Of a stretch of 64,000 nucleotides of DNA, positions 26,653-34,887 are shown in pieces (the stretch's first letter is position 1; the number at the start of each line of letters is the position of its first letter). Both the position numbers and the translations under genes were made by a program. The notes beneath the pieces were generated by a model, which was not told the DNA's origin, made no database searches, and saw only the letters and a list, made by a program, of their open reading frames with translations. The stretch is from Desulfobacterales bacterium (lineage in GTDB: Bacteria > Desulfobacterota > Desulfobacteria > Desulfobacterales > SKZT01), in assembly GCA_018399715.1 (NCBI GenBank), contig JAGYNR010000002.1:5687-69686 (forward strand). Direction: 5' to 3'.

Positions 26653-27309
26653 ATGTATTATAAACGTATCATAACCGCTCTTGCGATGTTTTTATTATTT
26701 CCTGTGGCAGCATTACCCCAAACGATGTATGTGACCGATCTTATGGAGATTACGATGCGTACAGGAAAGGGCTTGGACCGAAAAATCATTGCCATGCCCC
26801 AATCCGGTCAACGAGTGGAGGTTTTAACGTCGGAAGGTGACTGGACACAGGTCAGACTGCCAAACGGAAAGGAAGGATGGGTTTTATCAAGATTTTTGAC
26901 ATCCTCTGAACCAAAATTTATAACGTTGGAAAAACTTGAAAAAAAATATCAAACACTCACACAGCAAGTCGATAGGCTCACTGAGGAAAGCCAGAAACTA
27001 AAAACAGAAAACCAACGTCTAAGCACAGAACTGAAAACCAGAAATGATGAGATTAACCGTTTGAAAACGGCCTATGAAAACTTAAAAAACGAAGCATCGG
27101 ATTTTATGGAACTAAAGGCGAGTCATGAACATTCCACTCAAAAACTTCAGGAAGTAACGCGGAAAGCGGAAAAGGTAGAAAGTGAGCTGTTTTCAATTCG
27201 AAAGCAGCAAAATATTCGATGGTTTTTGGCAGGTGCTGGTGTTCTGATGGTAGGGTTTTTGATCGGATTTAGTTTCAAAAAGCAGCGAAAACGATCATCG
27301 TTGATTTAA
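26653..27309 (+). CDS. SH3-domain membrane protein (YgiM/TIGR04211-like): signal peptide, SH3b, coiled coil, C-terminal TM
   Basis: Leader MFLLFPVAALPQ, SH3b (GQRVEVLTSEGDWTQVRLPNGKEGWV), a coiled coil of about 90 aa, and a terminal TM segment WFLAGAGVLMVGFLIGF followed by KKQRKR. Confidence 0.8.
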   Translation: MYYKRIITALAMFLLFPVAALPQTMYVTDLMEITMRTGKGLDRKIIAMPQSGQRVEVLTSEGDWTQVRLPNGKEGWVLSRFLTSSEPKFITLEKLEKKYQTLTQQVDRLTEESQKLKTENQRLSTELKTRNDEINRLKTAYENLKNEASDFMELKASHEHSTQKLQEVTRKAEKVESELFSIRKQQNIRWFLAGAGVLMVGFLIGFSFKKQRKRSSLI

Positions 27310-27328
27310 AGTAAACAAAGAGTGCTAA

Positions 27329-28990
27329 ATGAACATAAGAACTGATTTTTTGGTGATTGGCAGCGGAGTTGCGGGACTTTCTTTTGCTTTAAAAGTCGCT
27401 GATGTTGGCAAGGTAGCCATTGTTACCAAAAAAGGGATAACGGATACCAACACATCTCAGGCCCAGGGAGGGATTGCGTCGGTTTTCAGTGATGCAGACT
27501 CCTTTGATCTTCATATTCGGGATACACTGGTAGCCGGTGATGGTCTTTGCAATCGGGAAGTTGTGGAAATGGTGGTCAAGGACGGACCGAAACGAATCCG
27601 TGAACTGGTGGAATTAGGAGTTCGGTTCAATTTGGCTGAAAATAATCAAAAAGGCAATTCCAATACCTCCGGGAAGACACATTCCTTAAATCTGGACTTA
27701 GGACGTGAAGGCGGACATTCCCAGAAACGGATTGTCCACGCACAGGATATGACCGGCCAGGAGGTAGAGCGGGTTCTGGTAGAAAAAGTAAAACAACACC
27801 AAAATATCACTTTGTATGAAAACCATATTGCCATCGATCTTATCACCTTTTCTACCCGTATGAGACGAGGTCTTACTACGACCACCCATGAGGATTTTTG
27901 TTGTGGGGCATATGTTCTGGAGAATGAAACGAATCAGGTAAAGACCTTTGCTTCCGAAATTACCCTTTTGGCCACTGGTGGCTCTGGTAAAGTATATTTG
28001 TATACCAGTAACCCGGATGTTGCTACCGGTGACGGCATTGCCATGGCCTACCGTGCCGGCGCGACGGTTGCCAATCTGGAGTTTGTCCAATTTCATCCGA
28101 CATGCTTATATCATCCTGAAGCCAAAAACTTTCTGATTTCAGAAGCAGTCAGGGGTGAAGGAGGGATTCTGATTGACCGTGCCGGCCATGCATTTATGGA
28201 GCGATATGATCCGTTAAAGGATCTGGCCTGTCGTGATGTTGTCGCACGCGCCATTGATCTGGAGCTGAAAAAAAGTGGTGCGGATTCGGTTTTTCTCGAT
28301 ATTTCTCATAAAGACTCAGACTTTATTAAAACACGTTTTCCGAATCTCTATGAAAGATGTCTGTTATTTGGCATCGATATGACCAAAGAACCGGTGCCGG
28401 TTGTACCTGCAGCTCATTATATGTGTGGTGGTGTCGTTACCGATATGTTTGGTCGTACAGATATTAACAAGCTTTACGCAGTTGGTGAGACAACCTGTAC
28501 CGGCCTTCATGGTGCTAATCGTCTGGCCAGTAATTCTCTTGTTGAAGCTCTTGTTTACGCCCATCAGGCATCCAGACAATCTGTAATGGATATAAATGCA
28601 TCAGATTTCAAATCTACGCCCAAGCTTCCTCTTTGGGACGAGGTGGGGACATCTGATAGTGATGAAGGCATAATGGTTGCCCATAACTGGGATGAAATCA
28701 GGCGCTTTATGTGGAATTATGTGGGGATTGTTCGTTCCATCAAGCGACTGGAAAGGGCAAAACGGAGAATTGAGATCATCCAGAAAGAAATTCAGGAATA
28801 TTATTGGAATTTCAGGGTGGCTCCCGATCTGATTGAACTTCGCAATATAGCAGTAGTAGCAGAACTTATTATTCGATGTGCTATGCACAGAAAGGAGAGC
28901 CGTGGACTTCATTATAATATCGAATATCCCCATCGTGATGATCAGCGATGGCAAAAGGACACGGTGGTTCGGCGGCCATTTGTAGGGTAA
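27329..28990 (+). CDS. nadB: L-aspartate oxidase
   Basis: FAD motif DFLVIGSGVAGLSFAL, then QAQGGIA ... HPTCL ... RGEGG ... GLHGANRLASNSL, collinear with NadB. Confidence 0.93.
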   Translation: MNIRTDFLVIGSGVAGLSFALKVADVGKVAIVTKKGITDTNTSQAQGGIASVFSDADSFDLHIRDTLVAGDGLCNREVVEMVVKDGPKRIRELVELGVRFNLAENNQKGNSNTSGKTHSLNLDLGREGGHSQKRIVHAQDMTGQEVERVLVEKVKQHQNITLYENHIAIDLITFSTRMRRGLTTTTHEDFCCGAYVLENETNQVKTFASEITLLATGGSGKVYLYTSNPDVATGDGIAMAYRAGATVANLEFVQFHPTCLYHPEAKNFLISEAVRGEGGILIDRAGHAFMERYDPLKDLACRDVVARAIDLELKKSGADSVFLDISHKDSDFIKTRFPNLYERCLLFGIDMTKEPVPVVPAAHYMCGGVVTDMFGRTDINKLYAVGETTCTGLHGANRLASNSLVEALVYAHQASRQSVMDINASDFKSTPKLPLWDEVGTSDSDEGIMVAHNWDEIRRFMWNYVGIVRSIKRLERAKRRIEIIQKEIQEYYWNFRVAPDLIELRNIAVVAELIIRCAMHRKESRGLHYNIEYPHRDDQRWQKDTVVRRPFVG

Positions 28991-29005
28991 TAACCCATGT
29001 TCAAA

Positions 29006-29076
29006 GAGTATTTCGGGGATTAAAATTTGAGTCTGACGCAAATATTGGCGAAAAAGACAGTTTTTGTTCAGGCACT
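29006..29076 (+). repeat. family 1 repeat, right-half copy
   Basis: GAGTATTTCGGGGATTAAAATTTGAGTCTGACGCAAATATTGGCGAAAAAGACAGTTTTTGTTCAGGCACT matches the right half of 51351-51493 with a few substitutions. It starts 16 nt after the nadB stop. Confidence 0.75.
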
Positions 29077-29196
29077 AGATAACCGTAATTGGCATTGACA
29101 AGTAAGGTTTTTGCTTTATTTTTGATCATAAATCAATCTTGTTAACCCTTAATATAATTGTAAACCTGAATAAATTAAAATAACCTGAGAAGCTGT

Positions 29197-30312
29197 ATGA
29201 GTAATAAGCGTGATTATTATGAAGTATTAGGTATTGATCGGTCTTCGGGTGCAGCCGAGATCAAATCGGCCTATCGAAAACTTGCACTCAAATATCATCC
29301 GGATCGAAATCCCGGCGACAAGGCTTGTGAAGAAAATTTCAAGGAAGCCTCGGAAGCATATGAGGTTTTAAGAGATCCTCAAAAACGACAGCTATACGAC
29401 CAGTTTGGTCACGCGGGCCTCGAAGGCTCCGGATATTCCGGCTTTAGCGGATTTGATGACATATTTTCGAGTTTTGGGGATATTTTTGAGGGCATCTTTG
29501 GCTTTGGAGGTTCCAGACGCTCACAAAGGCATGTACAAAGGGGGGCGGATCTTCGGTATGACCTGGAACTGGATTTTATGGAAGCTGCTTTTGGGACCGA
29601 AAAATCAATAGATGTTGAAAAATTTGAATCCTGTCCAGAATGTAATGGAAAAGGCTGCCAAAAAGGGACTCATCCGGAAAGATGTTCCCATTGCAATGGT
29701 ACCGGTCAGGTATCCCGCTCTCAGGGATTTTTTACGGTAAGTACAACCTGTCCGGTTTGTCGGGGCACTGGACAGGTGATTCCGAGTCCATGCGAAAAAT
29801 GTGGGGGGACCGGTCGGATCAAAGCGAAAAAGAAAGTGTCTCTCAGAGTACCCCCGGGTGTCGACAACGGATCACGGCTGAGACTTTCCAATGAGGGAGA
29901 AAGTCCTCCTTACGGGGGAGTTCCAGGCGACCTGTATGTTTTTATTCACGTAAAACCTCACGATTTTTTCGAAAGAAAAGATACCGATATCTTTTGTCAG
30001 ATACCGATATCTTTTGTTCAGGCCTCTCTGGGTGATACCATAACGGTCCCCACATTAAACGGCAATGAGACGCTGGAAATTTCTAAAGGCACTCAGCCTG
30101 GAGAAATTAGGCGTATTAAGGGAAAGGGGATTCCGTCTTTGAGAAATGGTCATCGGGGGGATCAGGTCATTCAGTTGATGGTGCGGACACCCACCGGCCT
30201 GAATAAAAAACAGGAAAAACTGTTAAAGGAGTTTGCTAAAATCGAGGATTCCAAGATGTCCACAAAACTGAAAAATATACTTAAAATGGTTGCTTCGGAA
30301 GCGGCTTCTTAA
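29197..30312 (+). CDS. dnaJ: molecular chaperone DnaJ
   Basis: J domain (DYYEVLGI...YRKLALKYHPDRNPGD), a G/F-rich linker, and four CxxCxGxG zinc-finger repeats (CPECNGKG, CSHCNGTG, CPVCRGTG, CEKCGGTG). Confidence 0.95.
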   Translation: MSNKRDYYEVLGIDRSSGAAEIKSAYRKLALKYHPDRNPGDKACEENFKEASEAYEVLRDPQKRQLYDQFGHAGLEGSGYSGFSGFDDIFSSFGDIFEGIFGFGGSRRSQRHVQRGADLRYDLELDFMEAAFGTEKSIDVEKFESCPECNGKGCQKGTHPERCSHCNGTGQVSRSQGFFTVSTTCPVCRGTGQVIPSPCEKCGGTGRIKAKKKVSLRVPPGVDNGSRLRLSNEGESPPYGGVPGDLYVFIHVKPHDFFERKDTDIFCQIPISFVQASLGDTITVPTLNGNETLEISKGTQPGEIRRIKGKGIPSLRNGHRGDQVIQLMVRTPTGLNKKQEKLLKEFAKIEDSKMSTKLKNILKMVASEAAS

Positions 30313-30400
30313 AAAAACGGTTCAACCTTTCGTTTGAAGTTCAGCGGTTTTAATAATCATTGTTAAACTTTTATTCATTGTAGAAGGAAAAAAACGCAAT

Positions 30401-30784
30401 ATGTTCGAACTGAAAGTGGTAACCCGTTTTGCTGCGGCGCATCAGTTGAAAATGGTAGCTAAGAAATGCGAGAACCTACATGGACATAACTGGAAAATTG
30501 AAGTGTTTGTTGGCGGGAACAACCTCAATTCTGCGGGCGTATTAATGGACTTTGGTCTTTTGAAAGAACATATCAGAGGTATTATCTGTGAACTGGACCA
30601 TACATTTTTAAATGACTTGGAGTTTTTTAATGATGAGTATCCGCCTTCCTCCGAGAATATCGCTTATCATATTGCCAAAAAACTCCAGAATAAATCATTG
30701 CCCGATGGTGTACGGGTTACCCGTGTCAGTGCATGGGAATCGGATGATTCCTGTGCTACCTATATTCCATCGCAGCCCAAATAA
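30401..30784 (+). CDS. queD: 6-carboxy-5,6,7,8-tetrahydropterin synthase
   Basis: FAAAHQL ... CENLHGHNWKIEV ... DHTFLND, the PTPS/QueD pattern. It is 127 aa long. Confidence 0.88.
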   Translation: MFELKVVTRFAAAHQLKMVAKKCENLHGHNWKIEVFVGGNNLNSAGVLMDFGLLKEHIRGIICELDHTFLNDLEFFNDEYPPSSENIAYHIAKKLQNKSLPDGVRVTRVSAWESDDSCATYIPSQPK

Positions 30785-30785
30785 G

Positions 30786-30804
30786 GTCAAAATCAGAATT
30801 GCTG
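30786..30804. repeat. family 2 solo terminal repeat
   Basis: GTCAAAATCAGAATTGCTG begins 2 nt after the queD stop. Compare GTCAAAATTAGAACTGCTG at 34100-34118. Confidence 0.55.
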
Positions 30805-30816
30805 TTAGAACATCAG

Positions 30817-31605
30817 TCAATCCTTTGAAGTGTCGGCAACGGAAATGCGTTTGCGGACTTTCAGTCCCTGTTCATAGCAGTACTTTCCATACCAATTGAT
30901 CTGACGGCATATCCCTCGAATCAGGCTGACTTCCTTAGCGCGAAGCGGGAGACGGGAAAAAAACCGGCGGAAATTATCCAGCCAGTATTCGGGATTATCC
31001 GGATTGATAAAACTGATTTTAATCAGTATTTCTTTCATCTGGCTGTACATGCCATCAAGTTCGTGACGGTTGGCCAGGCGGGGAACAAAATGTTTTTCCT
31101 GTTCTTCCATCGATGCTTTGTGTAGTTCGTAGCAAATAACCATTACAGATTGCGCAAGATTTAAAGAAGAAAATTGTGCGGTGGGAATATTGACAAGAAG
31201 ATGGCAATTTCGAATATCCTCGTTGGTTAATCCCCGATCTTCCGGTCCGAAAACGATGGCAATACGATTTTCGTAAGATATGGGTATCAGTTTCTGTGAC
31301 ATTTTTTCAGGTGAATTCTTGGCGTGACGGCGGTTTCCCATGCGGGCGGTGGTGCCGACGACATAACTGAACAGTTTTAATGCGGCCGGAAGATTCGGGA
31401 AAATCCGAATAGCTTCGACAATCTTTCGGGACTCATGAGTGGCCAGCTTCAAAATTTTTTCCACATCGTAGGTTCTAGGATCAACTACGATCAAACTGCC
31501 AATCCCCATGTTCCGGATCGCTCTGGCGGCGGCCCCGATATTTTCGGGATAGCGGGGCCGATTCAAAACAATGCTGATATTATCCAGATTTATTTTAGAG
31601 ATCAT
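30817..31605 (-). CDS. SpoU/TrmH-family RNA 2'-O-methyltransferase (TrmJ-like)
   Basis: [25 protein letters not shown] ... [12 protein letters not shown] ... NIPT...[15 protein letters not shown]: SPOUT motifs with a TrmJ-like C-terminal extension. Confidence 0.85.
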   Translation of the reverse strand: MISKINLDNISIVLNRPRYPENIGAAARAIRNMGIGSLIVVDPRTYDVEKILKLATHESRKIVEAIRIFPNLPAALKLFSYVVGTTARMGNRRHAKNSPEKMSQKLIPISYENRIAIVFGPEDRGLTNEDIRNCHLLVNIPTAQFSSLNLAQSVMVICYELHKASMEEQEKHFVPRLANRHELDGMYSQMKEILIKISFINPDNPEYWLDNFRRFFSRLPLRAKEVSLIRGICRQINWYGKYCYEQGLKVRKRISVADTSKD

Positions 31606-32021
31606 TCACCTGTAATTTCCAACTGGTTGAAAAAGTAGTTTATTTCAAAAGTAGCGGTCTCCGGTGAATCTGATCCGTGAACCACATTTTTTTCGATATC
31701 CGTGGCATAGTCTTTTCGGATCGTTCCCTCAGCAGCCTCTTTATAGTTGGTGGCTCCCATGATTTCCCTGTTGCGGGAAATGGCGTTTTCTCTTTCCAGT
31801 ATCATGACGACGCAGGGCCCGGAGGACATGAAATCGGTAAGACTGTCGAAAAATGGTTTTTCTTTGTGGACAGCATAAAACCCCTGGGCCTGTCTTTTGT
31901 TCATCCGGATCATTTTCATGGCAACGATTTTAAAACCTGAACGCTCAAATCGCTGGAGAATATTTCCGATCAATCCCCGGGAGACACCATCAGGTTTAAT
32001 AATAGATAATGTTTTTTCCAT
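31602..32021 (-). CDS. ndk: nucleoside-diphosphate kinase
   Basis: [12 protein letters not shown] ... GPCVVMILE ... NVVHGSDS (active-site His). It is 139 aa long, and its stop overlaps the trmJ-like start (ATGA). Confidence 0.95.
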   Translation of the reverse strand: MEKTLSIIKPDGVSRGLIGNILQRFERSGFKIVAMKMIRMNKRQAQGFYAVHKEKPFFDSLTDFMSSGPCVVMILERENAISRNREIMGATNYKEAAEGTIRKDYATDIEKNVVHGSDSPETATFEINYFFNQLEITGE

Positions 32022-32149
32022 GGTATTTTATCCTTTCTTAACTGTTATCAATGCAATTTCAAACTGGTCGTCGGTCAGATACCAAAAGAAGCATCGTTCG
32101 TCAATGTTAGGTTTTTGTTATCAGTCATTCAATGACTTTTTTATCCACG

Positions 32150-32178
32150 TTGACAAACAGGGACTGTTCATCTATCAA
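32150..32178 (+). promoter_or_regulatory. sigma70-type promoter candidate for the thioesterase gene
   Basis: TTGACA (32150-32155), a 17-nt spacer, then TATCAA (32173-32178). AGGAG at 32212-32216 lies 8 nt before GTG 32225. Confidence 0.4.
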
Positions 32179-32224
32179 AAAATTAAATTTATAACCCCTA
32201 ATAAATTAAATAGGAGATGAAACA

Positions 32225-32650
32225 GTGAATCAAGCAGTAAAAGAGGCAATATTCAAAGCAGTGAATCGGGAGCCTTTTGCATCGGCCATGGGGATGCAGC
32301 TTATTTGCCTGGAAGCGGGATATTCCTGTGTAGAGATGGATTATAATCCTGGACTGATGGACAATATTTACCGGCGAGCTCATGGGGGCGCTATTTTCAG
32401 CCTGATTGATGAGGCGTTTGAAACCGTTTCACAAGCTTACGGGACAATTGCGGTGGCCCTGAATATTAATGTCACGTATGTTCGCAGTCCGGAACCCGGG
32501 GACCGGCTCAGGGCGGAAGCTATGGAAATCAGTCGAACCCGGCGTACCGCCAGTTACGACATCAAGGTGACTGATAAACGGAACCATACTCTGATCGCAT
32601 CATGTCAGGCACTGGCATACCGGACCGGAAAACCGATTCCTTTCCTCTAA
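32225..32650 (+). CDS. PaaI-family hotdog-fold thioesterase
   Basis: FASAMGMQLI ... RRAHGGAIFSLIDEAF ... a 141-aa hotdog pattern typical of PaaI/YdiI thioesterases. It has a GTG start. Confidence 0.8.
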   Translation: MNQAVKEAIFKAVNREPFASAMGMQLICLEAGYSCVEMDYNPGLMDNIYRRAHGGAIFSLIDEAFETVSQAYGTIAVALNINVTYVRSPEPGDRLRAEAMEISRTRRTASYDIKVTDKRNHTLIASCQALAYRTGKPIPFL

Positions 32651-32752
32651 GTTTATTTTTCTGTCGGGCCTAAAAGTCCACTTTTGCATCTAAACAAATT
32701 CATACATATTTTTTGATAATGGTTTATACAATTTTAAAGGTGAGGTAATCTT

Positions 32753-33919
32753 ATGCAAAATGGAAATAGTTCAATTGCAAGGGAAATCATGAGGGACTTT
32801 GCAGATTTGACCGGATTGACCCAGGCCCGGAAAAAAGCTGTCCGTTATTTATGGACAGACGCATTTGCAGTGTGTAATTTTTTGGAAATTTTTCACCAAA
32901 CCCATGACAGGTTTTATCTTGATCTTGCCTTGCGGCTGGTGGATCAGGTTCATTATGTGCTGGGCAGGCACCGGGAGGACGATCTGAGGGAGGGATGGAT
33001 CAGCGGACTCGATGAGCAGGAGGGTAAAAAATGTCCTACAAAAGGAGGGTTAAGAATTGGTAAAAAATTAAACGAGCGTAAACTTGCAGAACCGTTCGAT
33101 GATCGTCTGGAGTGGGACCGTGATGGTCAATATTATCACTACTTGACTAAATGGATACATGCTCTCAATTGCATGACCATTGTTACCCAAGATCCCGTTT
33201 TCAATCGTTATGCTGAAGATCTTGCCAATACAGCTCATTCGGCTTTTATTTATCATTTATCAGACGGAACCAAACGAATGTATTGGAAAATGAGCATTGA
33301 TTTGACTTATTCCCTGGTACCCTCCATGGGGCACCATGATCCTCTCGACGGGTTTATAACCTATAACGAGGTTCGGGCTACTGCAAAAAAATACGGTCGT
33401 CATGGCGAGAGTCCGGTTTTGAAAGATCAAATTGCGGATATGGCTGATATTTGTGACGGCAAGAACTGGGCCACCAATGATCCGCTTGGTATCGGAGGTC
33501 TTCTTTTCGATGCCTGGCGTATAGCACAATTGATAGTTACCGGTGATGTTAATCTTGACAAGCTGCTGGAAAATTTGCTGGAGGATGCACTGACCGGTCT
33601 GAAATCTTTTGCAACCGTTCACCCTCTAAACCTTCCAGCAGAATATCGTCTTGCATTTCGAGAGTTTGGCCTGTCCATAGGCTTGAAAGCAATTAGTCAA
33701 CTAAGCACATTGATTGGTGAAAATCCATATTATTTTGATCCTTCCCTGCCATTGAAGCTTAAACCCTTAATGGATTATAGTGGTTTAATTGAGCAAATTG
33801 AAAATTTTTGGAAAAATTCAGCCAACAGAGAATCTATGACATGGAAAGACCATCGGGATATTAATATGGTCATGTTGGCCACAAGTCTTGCTCCCGCTGG
33901 TTTCCTGTGTTTAAGTTAA
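32753..33919 (+). CDS. conserved-looking hypothetical protein (helical repeat/(alpha/alpha)-barrel-like guess)
   Basis: A clean 388-aa ORF with only short shadow ORFs opposite it. I recognise no diagnostic motif. Confidence 0.6.
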   Translation: MQNGNSSIAREIMRDFADLTGLTQARKKAVRYLWTDAFAVCNFLEIFHQTHDRFYLDLALRLVDQVHYVLGRHREDDLREGWISGLDEQEGKKCPTKGGLRIGKKLNERKLAEPFDDRLEWDRDGQYYHYLTKWIHALNCMTIVTQDPVFNRYAEDLANTAHSAFIYHLSDGTKRMYWKMSIDLTYSLVPSMGHHDPLDGFITYNEVRATAKKYGRHGESPVLKDQIADMADICDGKNWATNDPLGIGGLLFDAWRIAQLIVTGDVNLDKLLENLLEDALTGLKSFATVHPLNLPAEYRLAFREFGLSIGLKAISQLSTLIGENPYYFDPSLPLKLKPLMDYSGLIEQIENFWKNSANRESMTWKDHRDINMVMLATSLAPAGFLCLS

Positions 33920-33924
33920 AACGG

Positions 33925-34118
33925 CAGCAATTCTAATTATGACAATCACATGAAATGATGGATTCGTTATCGGGATCGGGATCGCTATCGGAATCGGGAT
34001 CGAAATCGAGTACACCTCAAAGGCAACATATTCGATAGGGATAGCGATCCCGATTCCTATAGCGATTATTATCGTCCAATATCGGATCTTGATGTTTGAG
34101 TCAAAATTAGAACTGCTG
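33925..34118. mobile_element. MITE-like repeat, family 2, long structured copy
   Basis: 19-nt terminal inverted repeats: CAGCAATTCTAATTATGAC (33925-33943) / GTCAAAATTAGAACTGCTG (34100-34118), 17 of 19 complementary. The interior has a run of hexamer-periodic NNATCG units (TATCGGGATCGGGATCGCTATCGGAATCGGGATCGAAATCGAG) that pairs with an inverted copy (TCGATAGGGATAGCGATCCCGATTCCTATAGCGAT). Confidence 0.7.
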
Positions 34119-34268
34119 GTTAAAATGGTGTGTTGATTTTATATTGGTGGATTGGTAAATTTAAATAAGAGGTTGTTACATTAAGAAAAATCTTTTCCTT
34201 TCAGCAGGCCGGTTGTCCATTCATCAATAATCATAAACGGGGGTTGGAGGGGATTTTTTTGTGAAAAA

Positions 34269-34826
34269 ATGGTTCAGAAAAAAATGAAAAGTGATTATTT
34301 TAAAAGACAACTGTATTTCATGTCCAGTATAGGACTTTTTTACATTATTATCATTGCGCTGTTTGCTGTCCCGCTTCTGGCAGCTTTTGTTGTGGTTGTG
34401 ATTCGGGGTGTTTTTGATTTCAGATATATTATATTGGGTGGCGCAGTGATTCTTATCGGTTTTGTTATTTTTTTTATTTCGAAATTTTTGATTCGGTTGA
34501 TCGCAAAAATTCGAAAAGATGGTTTCCTGGCCTTACGCCAGGCGCGTGAGCAGGCCAGAAAAGGAGAATCTGTACAGGTAGAATTATTAGGTGGGCTTGT
34601 AAAGCTTTCTTATGCCGGAAAAAACGACCCTCAATCCCTGTCTTGCGGTTATCATGAACCCTTGTTGATCGAGGGCAGAAGAGAAAATTTGCAACCGGAA
34701 ACAGATCCCATTGAAAAACTAAAACGGCTTTCCGAATTGAAAGATCAGGGCATTATCGAGGAAGATGAATTTTTACTGTTGAAGAAAAAAGTTATTCGTG
34801 GTTTTTGTGATACCAATGCAGAATAA
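34269..34826 (+). CDS. membrane protein with C-terminal SHOCT domain
   Basis: Two TM segments (LFYIIIIALFAVPLLAAFVVVVI, ILGGAVILIGFVIFFI) and a C-terminal IEKLKRLSELKDQGIIEEDEFLLLKKKVI (SHOCT-like). Confidence 0.7.
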   Translation: MVQKKMKSDYFKRQLYFMSSIGLFYIIIIALFAVPLLAAFVVVVIRGVFDFRYIILGGAVILIGFVIFFISKFLIRLIAKIRKDGFLALRQAREQARKGESVQVELLGGLVKLSYAGKNDPQSLSCGYHEPLLIEGRRENLQPETDPIEKLKRLSELKDQGIIEEDEFLLLKKKVIRGFCDTNAE

Positions 34827-34887
34827 CTGATTTGAATGTTAGATTTTACCGGGGTTATTTCAGGCTGAAACGGACAAGGAGGATGCA

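Noticed and set aside
30313-30400. Possible preQ1 riboswitch in front of queD.
   Set aside because: I could not find the conserved preQ1-I/II core sequences or a convincing pseudoknot by eye. A covariance-model scan would be needed.
32123-32146. AGTCATT-C-AATGACT hairpin followed by TTTTTTAT, considered as an intrinsic terminator.
   Set aside because: There is no co-directional gene upstream on the plus strand, and on the minus strand it lies upstream of ndk without a T-run. It may be an operator or a chance palindrome, so I did not call it.
33961-34060. Hexamer-periodic ATCG tract considered as a coding repeat (Asp/Arg/Gly dipeptide-like) or as CRISPR.
   Set aside because: No ORF of 60 aa or more covers it. 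It is mirrored by an inverted copy and bounded by terminal inverted repeats, which fits a structured non-coding element.
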